This document shows positions 10,758 to 22,807 of a DNA stretch of 38,938 bases, in pieces. The translations under genes and the position numbers were made by a program. The notes under the pieces are model-generated. The model searched no databases. It was not told the DNA's origin and saw only the letters and a program-made list of their open reading frames with translations. Each line of letters starts with the position of its first letter. Within the stretch, counting starts at the first letter, position 1. Source of the DNA: Octopus bimaculoides (taxonomy: Eukaryota); assembly GCF_001194135.2 (NCBI RefSeq), contig NC_068985.1:108276856-108315793 (forward strand), given 5' to 3'.

Positions 10758-11586
10758 GGATCTTTTCCTTTTGATCGGCAGGTCGATAAATTAATTTTTT
10801 TTAACTAAACACTTTCAAACTTCGGATACTGGTAGAATGTGTCATATAGAACATCTTTACTCTTAGCGTTGTTGAGAAAACTTTCTATTTACGAAGCTAT
10901 TTCGTGTTAAAGTTGTCGTATTTCGGTAATTTCAACCAATCAATGACGACGTGTTCAGCTGAATAAAATTACTGCTGTTGTATGTTAACAACAACTTCCG
11001 GCGGTGTATATTTCGTTTGTCACTGTTATTTATGACATATTTCATCTCAGTTACGTTCGTATGAATAAACGAGTGTATCTGAAGCACGTTTACTTCACGA
11101 CACCATCATAATCGTCCGAGCATTTCTACTGCTTTTAGGTTTTNNNNNNNNNNNNNNNNNNNNNNNNNNNNNNNNNNNNNNNNNNNNNNNNNNNNNNNNN
11201 NNNNNNNNNNNNNNNNNNNNNNNNNNNNNNNNNNNNNNNNNNNNNNNNNNNNNNNNNNNNNNNNNNNNNNNNNNNNNNNNNNNNNNNNNNNNNNNNNNNN
11301 NNNNNNNNNNNNNNNNNNNNNNNNNNNNNNNNNNNNNNNNNNNNNNNNNNNNNNATTCTAGAAAATTGCCAAAAATTAAAATTTTGAAATTTTTGCCCCT
11401 CCCCTTCCCCCTTCCCCAATTTCATTATTTTTCCTTTTTTCCGTAACCCTAACCCTAAAACCCCAACCCTAACCCTAAAACCCTAACCCTAACCCTAACC
11501 CTAACCCTAACCCTAACCCTAAAACCCAACCGTAACCCTAAACCCAATCCTAACCCTAAAAATCTAACCCTAACCCTAAAACCCTA
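10758..11586. mobile_element. Related GGATC-starting MITE-like element with an interstitial (CCCTAA)n array, interrupted by a gap
   Basis: Starts ggatctttt, shares aaacactttcaaactt..actggtagaatgtgtc and ttcaaccaatca with 8978-9538; degenerate CCCTAA array at about 11445-11586. Confidence 0.6.
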
Positions 11587-12076
11587 AAGCTAAAGACAGA
11601 CGAAATACCGCTAAGCATTTCGCTCGACAACACCACCATCGGCAGTCGCCTTGAATTCTGTGTGATCTGTGATAAGAATTACTCTCTTTTGGATGAAATT
11701 ATTACCTTCTGTTACACAATGGAGTTTGTAACACTTGTTCAAATACACATATGTCCTTAACGAAAGTAATACATTTGACAAGTTAATTATAATGTAGCTA
11801 CAGCAATCTAAAAAAAAAAAGAATTGATTTATCCCCTCCCCACCGCCCCAAAGTGTGCATGTTACCAATATCATACTATTATGAATAAAATAGCTAATTT
11901 TAAATCTGGGTAAAATTGCAATAGAGGAAACATTATCAAAAACACTCAATAGAATGTAATTTTCATGGTTAAGGGATTCAATACCTATTTTAATACTATG
12001 CATTTTTCAGTGTTCATAAAAATTTTGATGCTATATATATAGATAGAAGTAAAAATAACGAAGCATTTCTACTCAC

Positions 12077-12100
12077 GGATATTCGGGGCGTAATATCCAA
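12077..12100 (-). CDS. ITIH: ITIH linker microexon, 24 nt, phase 1-1 ([F]GYYAPNI)
   Basis: atttcattttacag|TTGGATATTACGCCCCGAATATCC|gtgagt. Confidence 0.78.
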
Positions 12101-12214
12101 CTGTAAAATGAAATATAAAAAAAATGTAACTTAATGTTGATAAAACAGGTTTTTCGCTGATAAAAGTATATATTAACATAAATGAACACTGTATAGTTCC
12201 TAGTTAAAAGTGTC

Positions 12215-14010
12215 GTCTATTACCTTTTGATGTGCATGTTCATACCTCGTATCTATACATCCGGCATAACAGCCAGTGAAGGTTTGGGACCAACTTATCG
12301 TGTCTGCGCAAGACTTTCACAAGCACTAACAATGTGAGTCACGCTCTCGACCCCCTCTCCACACATTGTGCAGAGGTTCGTTTTACTTGCGTGGTATATA
12401 TCCCTTTTTACTGACTTGGCATTCAATGCCTGGTCCTGGGCAGCAATGATTAGGCTTTTAGTCTTCTTTTTTTAGGTCTCCCTTGCTGAGCCACCTCCAT
12501 GGATGCTTCTGGGTCTTTTAATTTGGTAGCTTAACAGTGGAACTGACTATGTAATTCCATGCAGAGTAGGATTTCTTCTCTCTCGTTGGCTATTCGTAAT
12601 TGGAATTCATAAGCACTCTCAAGTCCAATTTTGGTAAATCCTTCTGCATTAGCAGCATACTGTAGGTCTTGTTCGTTGTTTACCAAATATTCTGCTATGT
12701 TTCTCCATTCACTGTTGATGCACTCCGATACGCTAATCAGCCCACGTCCAGCTTTACACCTCTTCATGTAAAGCCTATGTACGTTCGCCTTAGGGTGGAG
12801 GACACCATGTATTGTCATTGTCTTTCGGGGAGTGCGATCGAATTGGTTAATCTCCGCTTGTGTCAGTTTCAGGATTGGTGCTCTATAGTGGACCATAGCA
12901 GCAGCCCATATGTTGATGGCCGTCACAAGGTTCCTGGAGCTTAGTTTTAATTGCAAGAGAAGTTTGAGATCTTGTTTTTCATTTCTTTATGCAGGATATT
13001 GCCTAGCTCCAGGATCCCAAGGTACTTGTACTCATCATCGTCCGGATCTTCCTTTCTGTCTCCGTTTGGCAATTCTTTGCCTCTACAATCTGCGCTTTTC
13101 TCCCGTTTCAAAGTGAGCACCGCACATTTCGAGATACGAATTCCATCCCTATATACTTGCTGCCCATCTGTACAGTCTCAACCAGCCTCTCCACTTCAGA
13201 CTGTTTTTGCGAACAGTTTCAAAACATCCATGAAGAGAAGTGGTTGAGACGAGGACCGTTCTTTCTCAGCTCATAGTGCACGTTAATTTTACGTAGGACA
13301 AAAGAAAGTGGGATCAAGGCTGTAACAAATAGCAAAGGTGAACGAGAGTCTCATTGAAAGATACTTCTTTTGATTGTTACCTCGGCTAAATGCTATTTGT
13401 TACAGAAAAGACGTGTTTTCAAACTAGCCATGATGTTCTTAATCAGTGCACACACGTTTTCAGCTATTCCACACATGTCAAGTGTTTCCCAAATTCACGA
13501 ATGCGGCAACTTGTCGTAAGCATTTTAAAATTCTATCCAGGCCATGCACAAGTATTTTTGGTATCGTTTGTAGTTCTTTATTACAAAAGGTCACTTGTGC
13601 CCTTGGTTCTTTTACAGCATCCCTTTTGTTCTATTGGAAGTAGATTGTTTTCCGCAAGGAACGTATATATTTTCCCTGTGAGGATACCTGTTAACACTTT
13701 CTATAAAAGGTTAAGACAGGCAATGGGTCAGTAGTTGCCAGTCTCATTGCCCTTTGTCCGATCTTTCATCAACAATGTTGTCTTCCCCTTTAGAATCCGC
13801 TCTGCCTAATTGCACCACTCTATCTAATAGCAACGGAGTTCGCTTGTGTGTTTACCTAAACCACTCGAGTCAGTAGCCATGAATTCCTCTGGTCCTGCCG
13901 CTTTTCATTTTGGCAGTTTAAAATAAGTTGCATTTATACACTGGAGTTAGTTGGATTTCCTATACCACTTCCCTAACAAAACTGGTCTTGTGCTTCATGG
14001 CCATTACAAC
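12215..14010 (-). mobile_element. Degenerate RLE-type non-LTR retrotransposon (R4/Dong-like), RT to CCHC region
   Basis: Frameshifted motifs KAAGP, KGKTTLLMKD, PIACLNLL, EQKGC, FMDVLKLFAK, YKYLGILE, LHPKANVHRLY..R..GRGL, ESVTHIVSAC. Confidence 0.9.
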
Positions 14011-14198
14011 GCAAAATAACAAGCAAGCAAATATCCTAGCTACAAATGCAATGCAAAATAAGTCGTCAGTTTTATGAATGACTTGAAGTGGTTTTTGAAA
14101 GAGATCATATAGTATAGCTATTTCAATCCAAATTTTAATATACAAATCCAAATTTTAATATGCATATATAATAACAGTCCAAATTTTAATATACTTAC

Positions 14199-14225
14199 AT
14201 GGACGTAGAGATGGTAAAGATTTTT
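14199..14225 (-). CDS. ITIH: ITIH linker microexon, 27 nt, phase 1-1 ([E]KSLPSLRP)
   Basis: tttcttttccattgtag|AAAAATCTTTACCATCTCTACGTCCAT|gtaagt; open, frame-preserving. Confidence 0.75.
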
Positions 14226-16571
14226 CTACAATGGAAAAGAAATACATTGAAAATTGTAATAACGGTCTCGAAGTAACATTTTTAGTATAACATAGTAGAA
14301 TATAACGAAACTGTGCCAGCAGAGGTATCAATTTTAGAGAAAACTTTATAATTTTTTTTTAACAATTTCCTAAATATAACAATTTTTCCTTATTTAGGGT
14401 ATAATGTATGATACATACTAAGACAGTAATTAGACTGAAAATGTTTGCTAGATCATTCTAAAATACAATCAATGTAGTATTATATATATATTGTCAAAAT
14501 AAATTCTGTAATTAGTTATTGCTATATTGCATAGCACGTACAATTTAATTACATATATAGCAGGAATATTTAGTAATCGAACCCAGATCACAATATCCCT
14601 TGCAAAAAAAAAACAAAAAAAACTGCAACTCAAGTATGCGATTGCAATGCGCTAGAACATTCTTACGTCATCAAAATTTCTGATCATTCATGATTTTGTA
14701 TCAAACCAGATGTGACATCAATTATATCTTTGGGGTGTTTTTTCTGAGCAGTATATATTCAACGTTATATTCAGCGCATTTTGGTCACTACCGAGAGACG
14801 GTGGATGGCAGACATCAGAAGACGGCAGTCAGAGGACAGAAGCAGAAACAGCAGACAGTTAGAGTGTTGTCACAATACAAAAACAATGGACGTGGGCAAC
14901 AGCAACAGTGATAAAATAACATCAAGGAACTATCCACAGCAACGACCAAGATCAATAACCTTCGATCTATCTCAGTGTTTGACGTACGTGGTAATAGCAA
15001 TATCGTTTTGTTTACGATAGAAGTAAATATTTTTCTGTCAAAATCTCGAACTCAATTCGGTGTTCTTTATCGTAACGTATGTGAACATCAACATATGTGA
15101 CCATGAACATATGTGACCAAATTACATTTTCAGCCCAGAAAAAGTTTCATTAAGTAAAGAATACAAAGCGCTCAGAAGGAAAAATAAGAGAAGAATAAAG
15201 AAATTGTGAAATTACAATTTGTTTTATTCCAGTACCGTTAAGTTGCTTATCTCTCAGTCGTTTCTGTTGATGTTTAATATGATGAACACAGACTTAGTGA
15301 GATAGATCACTGAGGTGTGGACGGAGTCGTTATGTGTTGTTGAGAAAAAGATTACCCATATTACAATGCCTAACAGTACAAATGCTACTGACCGAGCATC
15401 AGCTCTAGTAGAGGTTGTGATGATATACCAGTTGGGGAAAATTAGGTAGCTAGAATAAGAGAAGTAAGCAGAATATGTGAAATAAATATATGAAATGCTT
15501 TGGCCCGCCCAGAAACTTCAGCAATTATTTAAACGTATTGCAAGATCTTGTGTTTATGGTGTCTAAAGCCATCGTAATATTGGAAAACTTTTTTCTTCCA
15601 CCAGCAAATATTCCAGGGTCTGAAGCATTTCACTTTTTTGCCTGCACATTTCGCCTGTGTGGGACAACAAAGACTCGATTAGCCTTTGCCTGCAGCCTGT
15701 TGTCAACCCAAATCCTTTGAGCTTGTTTAAGCTGCCATACTTGTCTATTTGGTGGCTTTCATTAATTGTGATCTGTGATCTCTGCTTATGACTTATAACT
15801 AGATTTCATAGATGAACTAGAGTAACTATGGTAAGATAGATCTTTGAGTGTTACTTTAAGTATAAAGCTTTAAGTATAAAGGCAATATACCGTGTTTATA
15901 TATGAGCAAATGAAATTAGATGAAACTTACTAAAATAACTTTAAATTGTTGTTTTCAAACTATTCAGTCAGAAAATAATTCTATGATTATAATGTAATTT
16001 TCTAACGATTATATACAAATGAATTTATGTTTTTTATGTTTCTAAATCTAAATCTGGAAAATTTCGTTTTATCTTTTGCATTTATTACTAATTTTAAAAG
16101 CTTAAAAGCAGAATATTAAATAAACCATCAATCATATCACATGAAATTTTCATTGTGTTTCAAGAATTAATAGGCGCATTAAACCCCCCCACCAAAAAAA
16201 AAACATTGTTTTCCAAGAAAGTTTCTTAAATTCATTACATTTTATCCATAATTTCTACAGGTTATATTAGTTTTCCTGATTTAAGCGAAAATACTATGAA
16301 ACGAAATCTAGTATATTTGAGCTAAATTTTTTAGATTAATCATTGCGGAGTTGAACGTTTGATACCTAGTACTTATCGCATGGCAATCATGGATACATTT
16401 AGATAATGATAACATATAGTTTTAGATTTTATGATATAAACAATCATAAAAAAATCTTTTGTTATGATTGATTGGTTGAAAGACGTATATGGTAAAGTCA
16501 TCTCAGTTTAATTATTTCGTTATCATGACCTCAGGAGCTTGTCATTAAAGTGGTATGAATGATAAAATTAC

Positions 16572-16644
16572 CTTCTTCAAACAGTTCTTCATTCACTTTG
16601 TATTTAGTGACAACCATTGATGTTAATGGAGTTACGAAATTATA
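16572..16644 (-). CDS. ITIH: ITIH exon 8 (YNFVTPLTSMVVTKYKVNEELFEE)
   Basis: Family hallmark FVTPLTSMVVT; tcacag|TAT acceptor, G|gtaatt phase-1 donor. Confidence 0.96.
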
Positions 16645-16750
16645 CTGTGAAAAACAAGAATATTAGTTTCAGGACAACAGTAGTATTAATAAGGAAACTA
16701 TACATGAAATATTTCCATCATCGACATTACATTTCTTACATTTAGATTGC

Positions 16751-16752
<2 letters not shown>

Positions 16753-16803
<51 letters not shown>
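16753..16803. repeat. (TAT)n microsatellite
   Basis: Direct sequence. Confidence 0.95.
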
Positions 16804-16804
<1 letters not shown>

Positions 16805-16859
16805 GAAGACTTCAAGAATTGTGAAAATAACCAAGGTTGTAGAGTAATCAAGTAAATGT

Positions 16860-17175
16860 AATACTACATGGTGGAAAGGTGAGCTGATTAGGGTTGGTCG
16901 TAGCGTCCTTGTTTTTCCTCTTTCCCCCACCATCGGTCTGCAAGGAGGGTTCTGCCAGCATCTTCAAAGAAGGCCGTTGCCCGGACGGCGTAGTGACGTC
17001 AGTCTTTGCAGTCAATCACAAGAACAATCTGCTGGCGGTGATCAACGTGATAGAGGCCAAGAGATTTGTTTAGAGAGTTCTTGTACATCTTCTTCGGCGA
17101 TCCTCTATCATGGTGAGCAGAGGAGAGTTAATCACAGAGCGTGATCTTAAAAAGTCGATGATCCGCATCCTTGAC
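16860..17175 (-). mobile_element. RTE-like LINE C-terminal fragment
   Basis: Translates as GSPKKMYKNSLNKSL...AFFEDAGRTLLA...PNQLTFP, matching the RTE G.PKK.YKD.LK.SL...FE pattern. Confidence 0.65.
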
Positions 17176-17281
17176 TATCGTAAATGTTCTTTAGCAGAGT
17201 TAGAACAGTAACTATTAAGAAATAAATCATATGTTTTAAAATAATGAAAATATAATTTATCATAACGTCCTTTGTACTCAC

Positions 17282-17973
17282 CTTTAGAGCCAAAGTAAGA
17301 ATGGCATGTCGTACTTCTTCCTCCTTTCTGTCTTCCATGAGAAGTTGTTTCAAGGTGAGGTAAACATAAGTCTTTTCAGTAATTTCAGAAAGTGACTGAA
17401 TACTAGTCAAACTTGAATCTTCCGAAAAACGATCATCGTATATGGTAAAGTCATCTCCATATAATTTTAATTCTAATATTTCGTTATTAAAACCCCAGCA
17501 GTTTGTCATTGCAAAACTCACATTTATAGTTGGTCGGTATTCTTGCGGCAAAACACCGGAAACAACTAATTCTGATCCTTTGAAGTAGTTGCTAAATGAC
17601 GTAGAACTAGTTTTAACAGCAACATCTAAGTAAACAAATGTAATATCTTTTAATACAATGTTAGATATTTCTTTATAAAGATTTTCAATTTGAAGTTTAC
17701 TGTCAGCATCTAAATAAATCTTCCTATTGAAGCCTCCGTTTTCTGTGGCGAGCTCACGAAGAAATTTACTGTCACAATCACCTCCAAAACAAAGGGTAAA
17801 TAATGAAATATCTTGGTTGGATTCTCTGACATTTTTCTTGATATGTTCGAAGTTAGTAACATCTTCTGTTGGATCTCCGTCAGTGAGAAATACGATGATA
17901 CTTTTCTTTGTGGGGTTTAAAGCTGGCTTGTGTTTGTCTATACTTTGAAGGAGAGCAGCGTTAATATTTGTAC
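17282..17973 (-). CDS. ITIH: ITIH exon 7, vWA C-part and following region
   Basis: 692-nt open exon: TNINAALL, IVFLTDGDPT, ELATENGGF.RKIY, YFKGSELVVSG, YLTLKQLL; ttcag|GT acceptor and AAG|gtgagt donor. Confidence 0.97.
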
Positions 17974-18823
17974 CTGAAGAAATAGTAAAATTACACTCTC
18001 AGAAAAAATAGCAGAATGTTTGTACACATAAGCAATTAAGGTCAGTGATACAAACTTAATAGGAAAGCAGCATTGACGTATAATTTTAAGTTAAGCGTAA
18101 CCAAATCTTTTGGTCTGAAAAGAAGATGAATTTAAACATAAAATGTTAAAATATGGAACTATTTTAAAATGCTTAATCAACGTACCAGGTCAATAACAAG
18201 ATTAAAAGTTCTATGATACATATAGCACAGTAGTACGTAGTAATAGGATTTTTAAAATATAGACATGGAGTACCACTGTCAAATATTGACATATTTTAAC
18301 ATTCTGTGTAATAGTATATACAATATCAATAGTGTAGGAAAAAGAGTGCCATACTGAAGAGGAAAATATAAATTAATGAAAGCTACTGCAAAGCTGGTTT
18401 GAGTCCAAATAGAAGGAAATTGTATCGTAACTTCAAGTTGTGAAACAATATTGCGTAACTCAGTGTTTCACTTAAACCTGTGCCATCACTTACGCTGATA
18501 TATTATACCTAATACATATGAGAAAAAAAAAGAAAGCATGGTAGCAGAACAGCATCATCCTTATCTTCAAGACGAGGAACATAAAATGATAATTTAGAGA
18601 CTAAAGAAAGATAAGTGTGCAGCAAAAAAACGAGCTTTGACGATAATTTGAACTATACATCCATAAACTCACGATTTTAAAATTAAAACTATCCCTAAGT
18701 CTTCTTCGTCAATATAATCTATTAAAATTTTCTAATAAATTATAAAGCAATGTAAATTTTGGAAATAGTTTCAAACTCACAAACAAAATTCGATAAATAT
18801 TTTCTAATTTTTGTTTAACTCAC

Positions 18824-19112
18824 GTCCGCCGTCTTGAAGTGACTTTATGTACTTTTTGCCTAATTCTTTGTTAAGATTGTTTGCCATTAAAAATTCCTCC
18901 TTCATCCATGAGACATCACTGCTAAAATTTCCGATGAGAAATTTATCAAGTTCTGGATCGAGTTGATCAAGGATATTCTCCATAGCTTTTTTCAATTGTT
19001 CAATTTTAGGACCATACATTGATCCACTGACATCAAGCATAAATATGATGTACTTTGGAAGATTTGGCATGGAATCAGAAGTGAAGAAGTGAACAAAGTA
19101 GCCATCGACTGC
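18824..19112 (-). CDS. ITIH: ITIH exon 6, vWA N-part with MIDAS DVSGS
   Basis: DGYFVHFF...PKYIIFMLDVSGSMYGPKIEQLK; tttcag|GCA acceptor and C|gtgagt donor. Confidence 0.97.
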
Positions 19113-19852
19113 CTGAAAATTTTGAAGAGAAAACATTAATCGATGTTTGATTTAATATTTTAGAGAAAAGTAGTCCAACTAATATTTAGTATGAGATAGA
19201 GTCACAATATACAAGCTACTAAATATATTGTGATTATCGTCCTGTCATTAGAACAGAAATAGATTTGTTTATGTTAACAACAGAATAAAAAATAATTCGT
19301 TGTGCAGTTTGGAATACCAGTATGAACCTTTGATTAATTCTCTTACCTTATCCAGAAAACACATATTTATGTGTCTTTTTGATATGTTCAGAAACCTTCA
19401 CTCCATTTTAAGTCCCATTGTATTCGAAGTTCTTTGGAGTTAGTTATATAAATTTGCTTAAAGTTGTGTCTCTGCTAAATTTTAAAGATGTTACTTATCT
19501 AATGAAAACGGTTTATTGCTAAACACTCTACAGCTTCTACGTTTTTAACATCATCATTGTAGAAGTTGTTACCGCTATTCCCCATGACAGTCTCTTGAGG
19601 TTTAAACAATTGATTGGTGAACCTTTTATCCTGCAGGGAATATATTAACTATTTTTCTCTCAGAACAACAACAACTATCTAGTTAATTAATCGACATAAT
19701 ACGTTCTACCATTAACTTACTCATGCCCGCGGATAAATAAACTAATTACTCCATTTTCTAGATCTTTCGTACTTCTACCTTAAAGCATATTGTCTTACGA
19801 TCCTCATTTCAATTGACGTCGTCCATCTCTCTCTCACTCTCTCGTGTGTATG

Positions 19853-20344
19853 CATTATATAGATGATATATGTATGCAATAATGGTTTCATACTGAAAGC
19901 CTTCGATACGCGGAGAAGCATACTAGTAATCATCCGATATGGTGTTGTACATATATACATACATACATGCATACATACATACATACATACATACATACGT
20001 ACATACATACATACATACACACATACATAGCTGCTTCACTGTGGACAACAAAGATTTACAGACTGGTACTTGGGTATACATTATATAGATGTGTATATAC
20101 ATTATATAGATGATATATGTATGCACTAACGGTTTCGTACTGAAAGCCTGCGATACGCGGAGAGGCATACTAGTAATCATCCGATATGGTGTTGTACATA
20201 TATACATACATACGTGTAAACATACATACGTGTATACATACATACATGCATACACACATAATACATACATACATACATACATACATACATACATAGCTGC
20301 TTAACTGGGGGACAACAAAGATTTACAGACTGGTACTTGGGTAT
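19853..20344. repeat. Tandem duplication of a 225-245 bp unit containing a (CATA)n microsatellite
   Basis: 19853-20077 and 20100-20344 share ctagtaatcatccgatatggtgttgtacatatatac and gacaacaaagatttacagactggtacttgggtat. Confidence 0.9.
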
Positions 20345-20697
20345 CTTCCACGATACCTAACATCTAGGGACGAAGTCTTATAATTTGTGGGAAGAGATCC
20401 TGAAAAATTCTGTGAGGCCTTTGACAACAAGTTACTGTCTGCTCTCACAGAATTAATTGGAGTGAGTAAGGTCGAGAGATATGAGAAGTAAAATATATAA
20501 TAATAAACCAGTCTAAGATATACGTCAGACCAAAAGTTTAGTGGGTGTCTTGCTTTTGGAATTCATTGTGAAACCTGAATGGTATCCATCTTACTCATCG
20601 AATCAGAAAGGACAAAAGCAGAATTGTTTTCAGCGATATATATATATATATATATATGCATACGTAGACGCACCTCTGTAAAAAGGTACATATGCCA

Positions 20698-20775
20698 AAC
20701 ACATACAAAGTGTATTCCAACACACATACAAAGTGTATTCCAACACACATATAAAGTGTATTGCAACACACATAC
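20698..20775. repeat. 24-bp minisatellite, about 3 copies (cacacatacaaagtgtattccaa-like)
   Basis: Direct sequence. Confidence 0.85.
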
Positions 20776-20867
20776 ATAAAAATATGAAAGTATGTGCACA
20801 CTCAAAAGTGAAGATGAAAGTGAATGAGAGAGATAGTTAGATAGTAAGACAGAGAGTGACGTGGAAA

Positions 20868-20907
<40 letters not shown>

Positions 20908-21009
20908 AAGAGGCAAATATAGAGAGAAAGAATAAGAATGAACAATTTCTTGTATATGAAGATGAAAATATGTTGTTATGAAGAACTGATAATAATACAC
21001 ATACACACA

Positions 21010-21129
<120 letters not shown>

Positions 21130-21188
21130 TAGTATAATAATCTCTTTTAAATGGCATGATGAGAATTTGATGTAAAACAATGACTTAC

Positions 21189-21352
21189 ATATATTAAATT
21201 TGAATTATTTTGACGATTTACGTCATATTCCACTCTAAGTAAGCCTGCAACACCATGTTTCTCTGATATTTCTTGTTGTTGTTTACGACTTGGGTTGTAT
21301 TTGATGTAAACCTCTCTACTGCTGATGTACTCAATTGAGGCAGAATCCAGCT
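21189..21352 (-). CDS. ITIH: ITIH exon 5 (LDSASIEYISSREVYIKYNPS...LRVEYDVNRQNNSNLIY)
   Basis: aaacag|AG acceptor, TAT|gtaagt donor; I.Y.P and V.YDV motifs of the ITIH hybrid region. Confidence 0.93.
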
Positions 21353-22807
21353 CTGTTTGAAAAACAAACAACAAATATTTTAACTTATATCTATAGCAGA
21401 TTTGCTATACCTGTTATTTCAATAACACCAAACCTGATGAGATATAACTTAAATGGTTTGATGGACTTGATTAGCTGCGAATCATTGTGATATTAACTGT
21501 GTGATAATGTAACGTGAACAGCGGCAAAATTAGATAGCGTTTACCTTGGGTGGGTAATATTATGTCAGTGCAGGACATTTTAACAATAAGTTTAGTCAGT
21601 CTGTAATAAAGGACTGCGTAACATTTGATGATCAGCTAGTGCATGATTTTTTACGACGATCTAGTAAGAAAATCTAGCGGGAGAAGTAAATAGCAAAAGG
21701 TCTTCAGAAAACAAGCAACTTTTCTTACGGAAGTGTTTCAGTTCTTAACTTCTTAAGTCTTAAGGAACAGACGCGCATTCAGGACATCTCTCTGCTACCC
21801 CTATTTTGCTACTCTTTGCATTGTAATTAGCACTTCCTTGCGTGTTTGAGATTCCTCAGAGCCAAGAATTGCTTGAATGTCGTAGTAGCTCGTTTTGAGA
21901 CACCAGTGAACATAGGGTAAATTATGCCTTCGGAAATTCCTTTTTATTCCTCCTAAATTGCTAAGGTATATAGTGAGGAATTATTATGCTTACTATGGGA
22001 ATGTGAACAATTAAGTTTGAAATTTACCATAACAAACTGTAACGTTTATCGCGGGAAATACTTACTGTAGCACAGTGTAATTCTGGTTGTTGAAGGCGGC
22101 ATTGTCACAAGAGTAGGGATTTGGACATTATATTGTTGGCCTGAAGATGATTTAATGTTACAGAAGAGAAAAAAAATGTTACCCCAATGACGTTATGATG
22201 TTAAAGTGTAAACGAAATGAAATTTGTACGATTCCGAAGTGTATTATTTATTCTAAGTGAAGTGTTTTCTTTACACAAGAATAAAGATCATTTTGTAGAC
22301 AATTTATTGATAAGTGTAGTTCTATAGTACTTACTATGAGTAATAATGAGAAAATTGGCCTCATCTTTGATATAACTTGTCATCTGAATATCATACTTTT
22401 CTGTTACCTTGAGCAATGCAGTTGAATGGTTATCAATTCTAATCCTTCGACAATATGCCAAATATCTTCTTTTTTCCTACATGTGATTAATTATAACATG
22501 TTGTACATGTATAGAACTTGATATACTGGAAGTGAATATTATTATTGAATGTGGTTTTCTTATATTTCACTTACATCTACTTCTATTGAATTTTATAACA
22601 CCTGCTCAAAGAAATGTTTATATTCACTCCAGTACAAAAATTAATATTCACTACAGAAACCTTATTTTCATTATCAAGAATACTATTTTCTGTATTTTTG
22701 ACATGCGGCCAATCTGTGAAGCTTATAAAAACAGTGGTTAAATGACGTTCGTGACGATAATGTCTGATAAAAATATAGAGAAAAACAAACATAAGTGATT
22801 TACTTGC

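Noticed and set aside
11445-11586. (CCCTAA)n array as a chromosome end or fusion site
   Set aside because: Short, degenerate, intronic and attached to a MITE-like element.
11706-11708. 3-nt AG|AAG|GT microexon candidate
   Set aside because: Absent from the paralogous segment near 8630 and statistically meaningless.
16340-16366. Possible terminal exon GIKRSTPQ* after exon 8
   Set aside because: Acceptor lacks a pyrimidine tract; the microexon chain is better supported.
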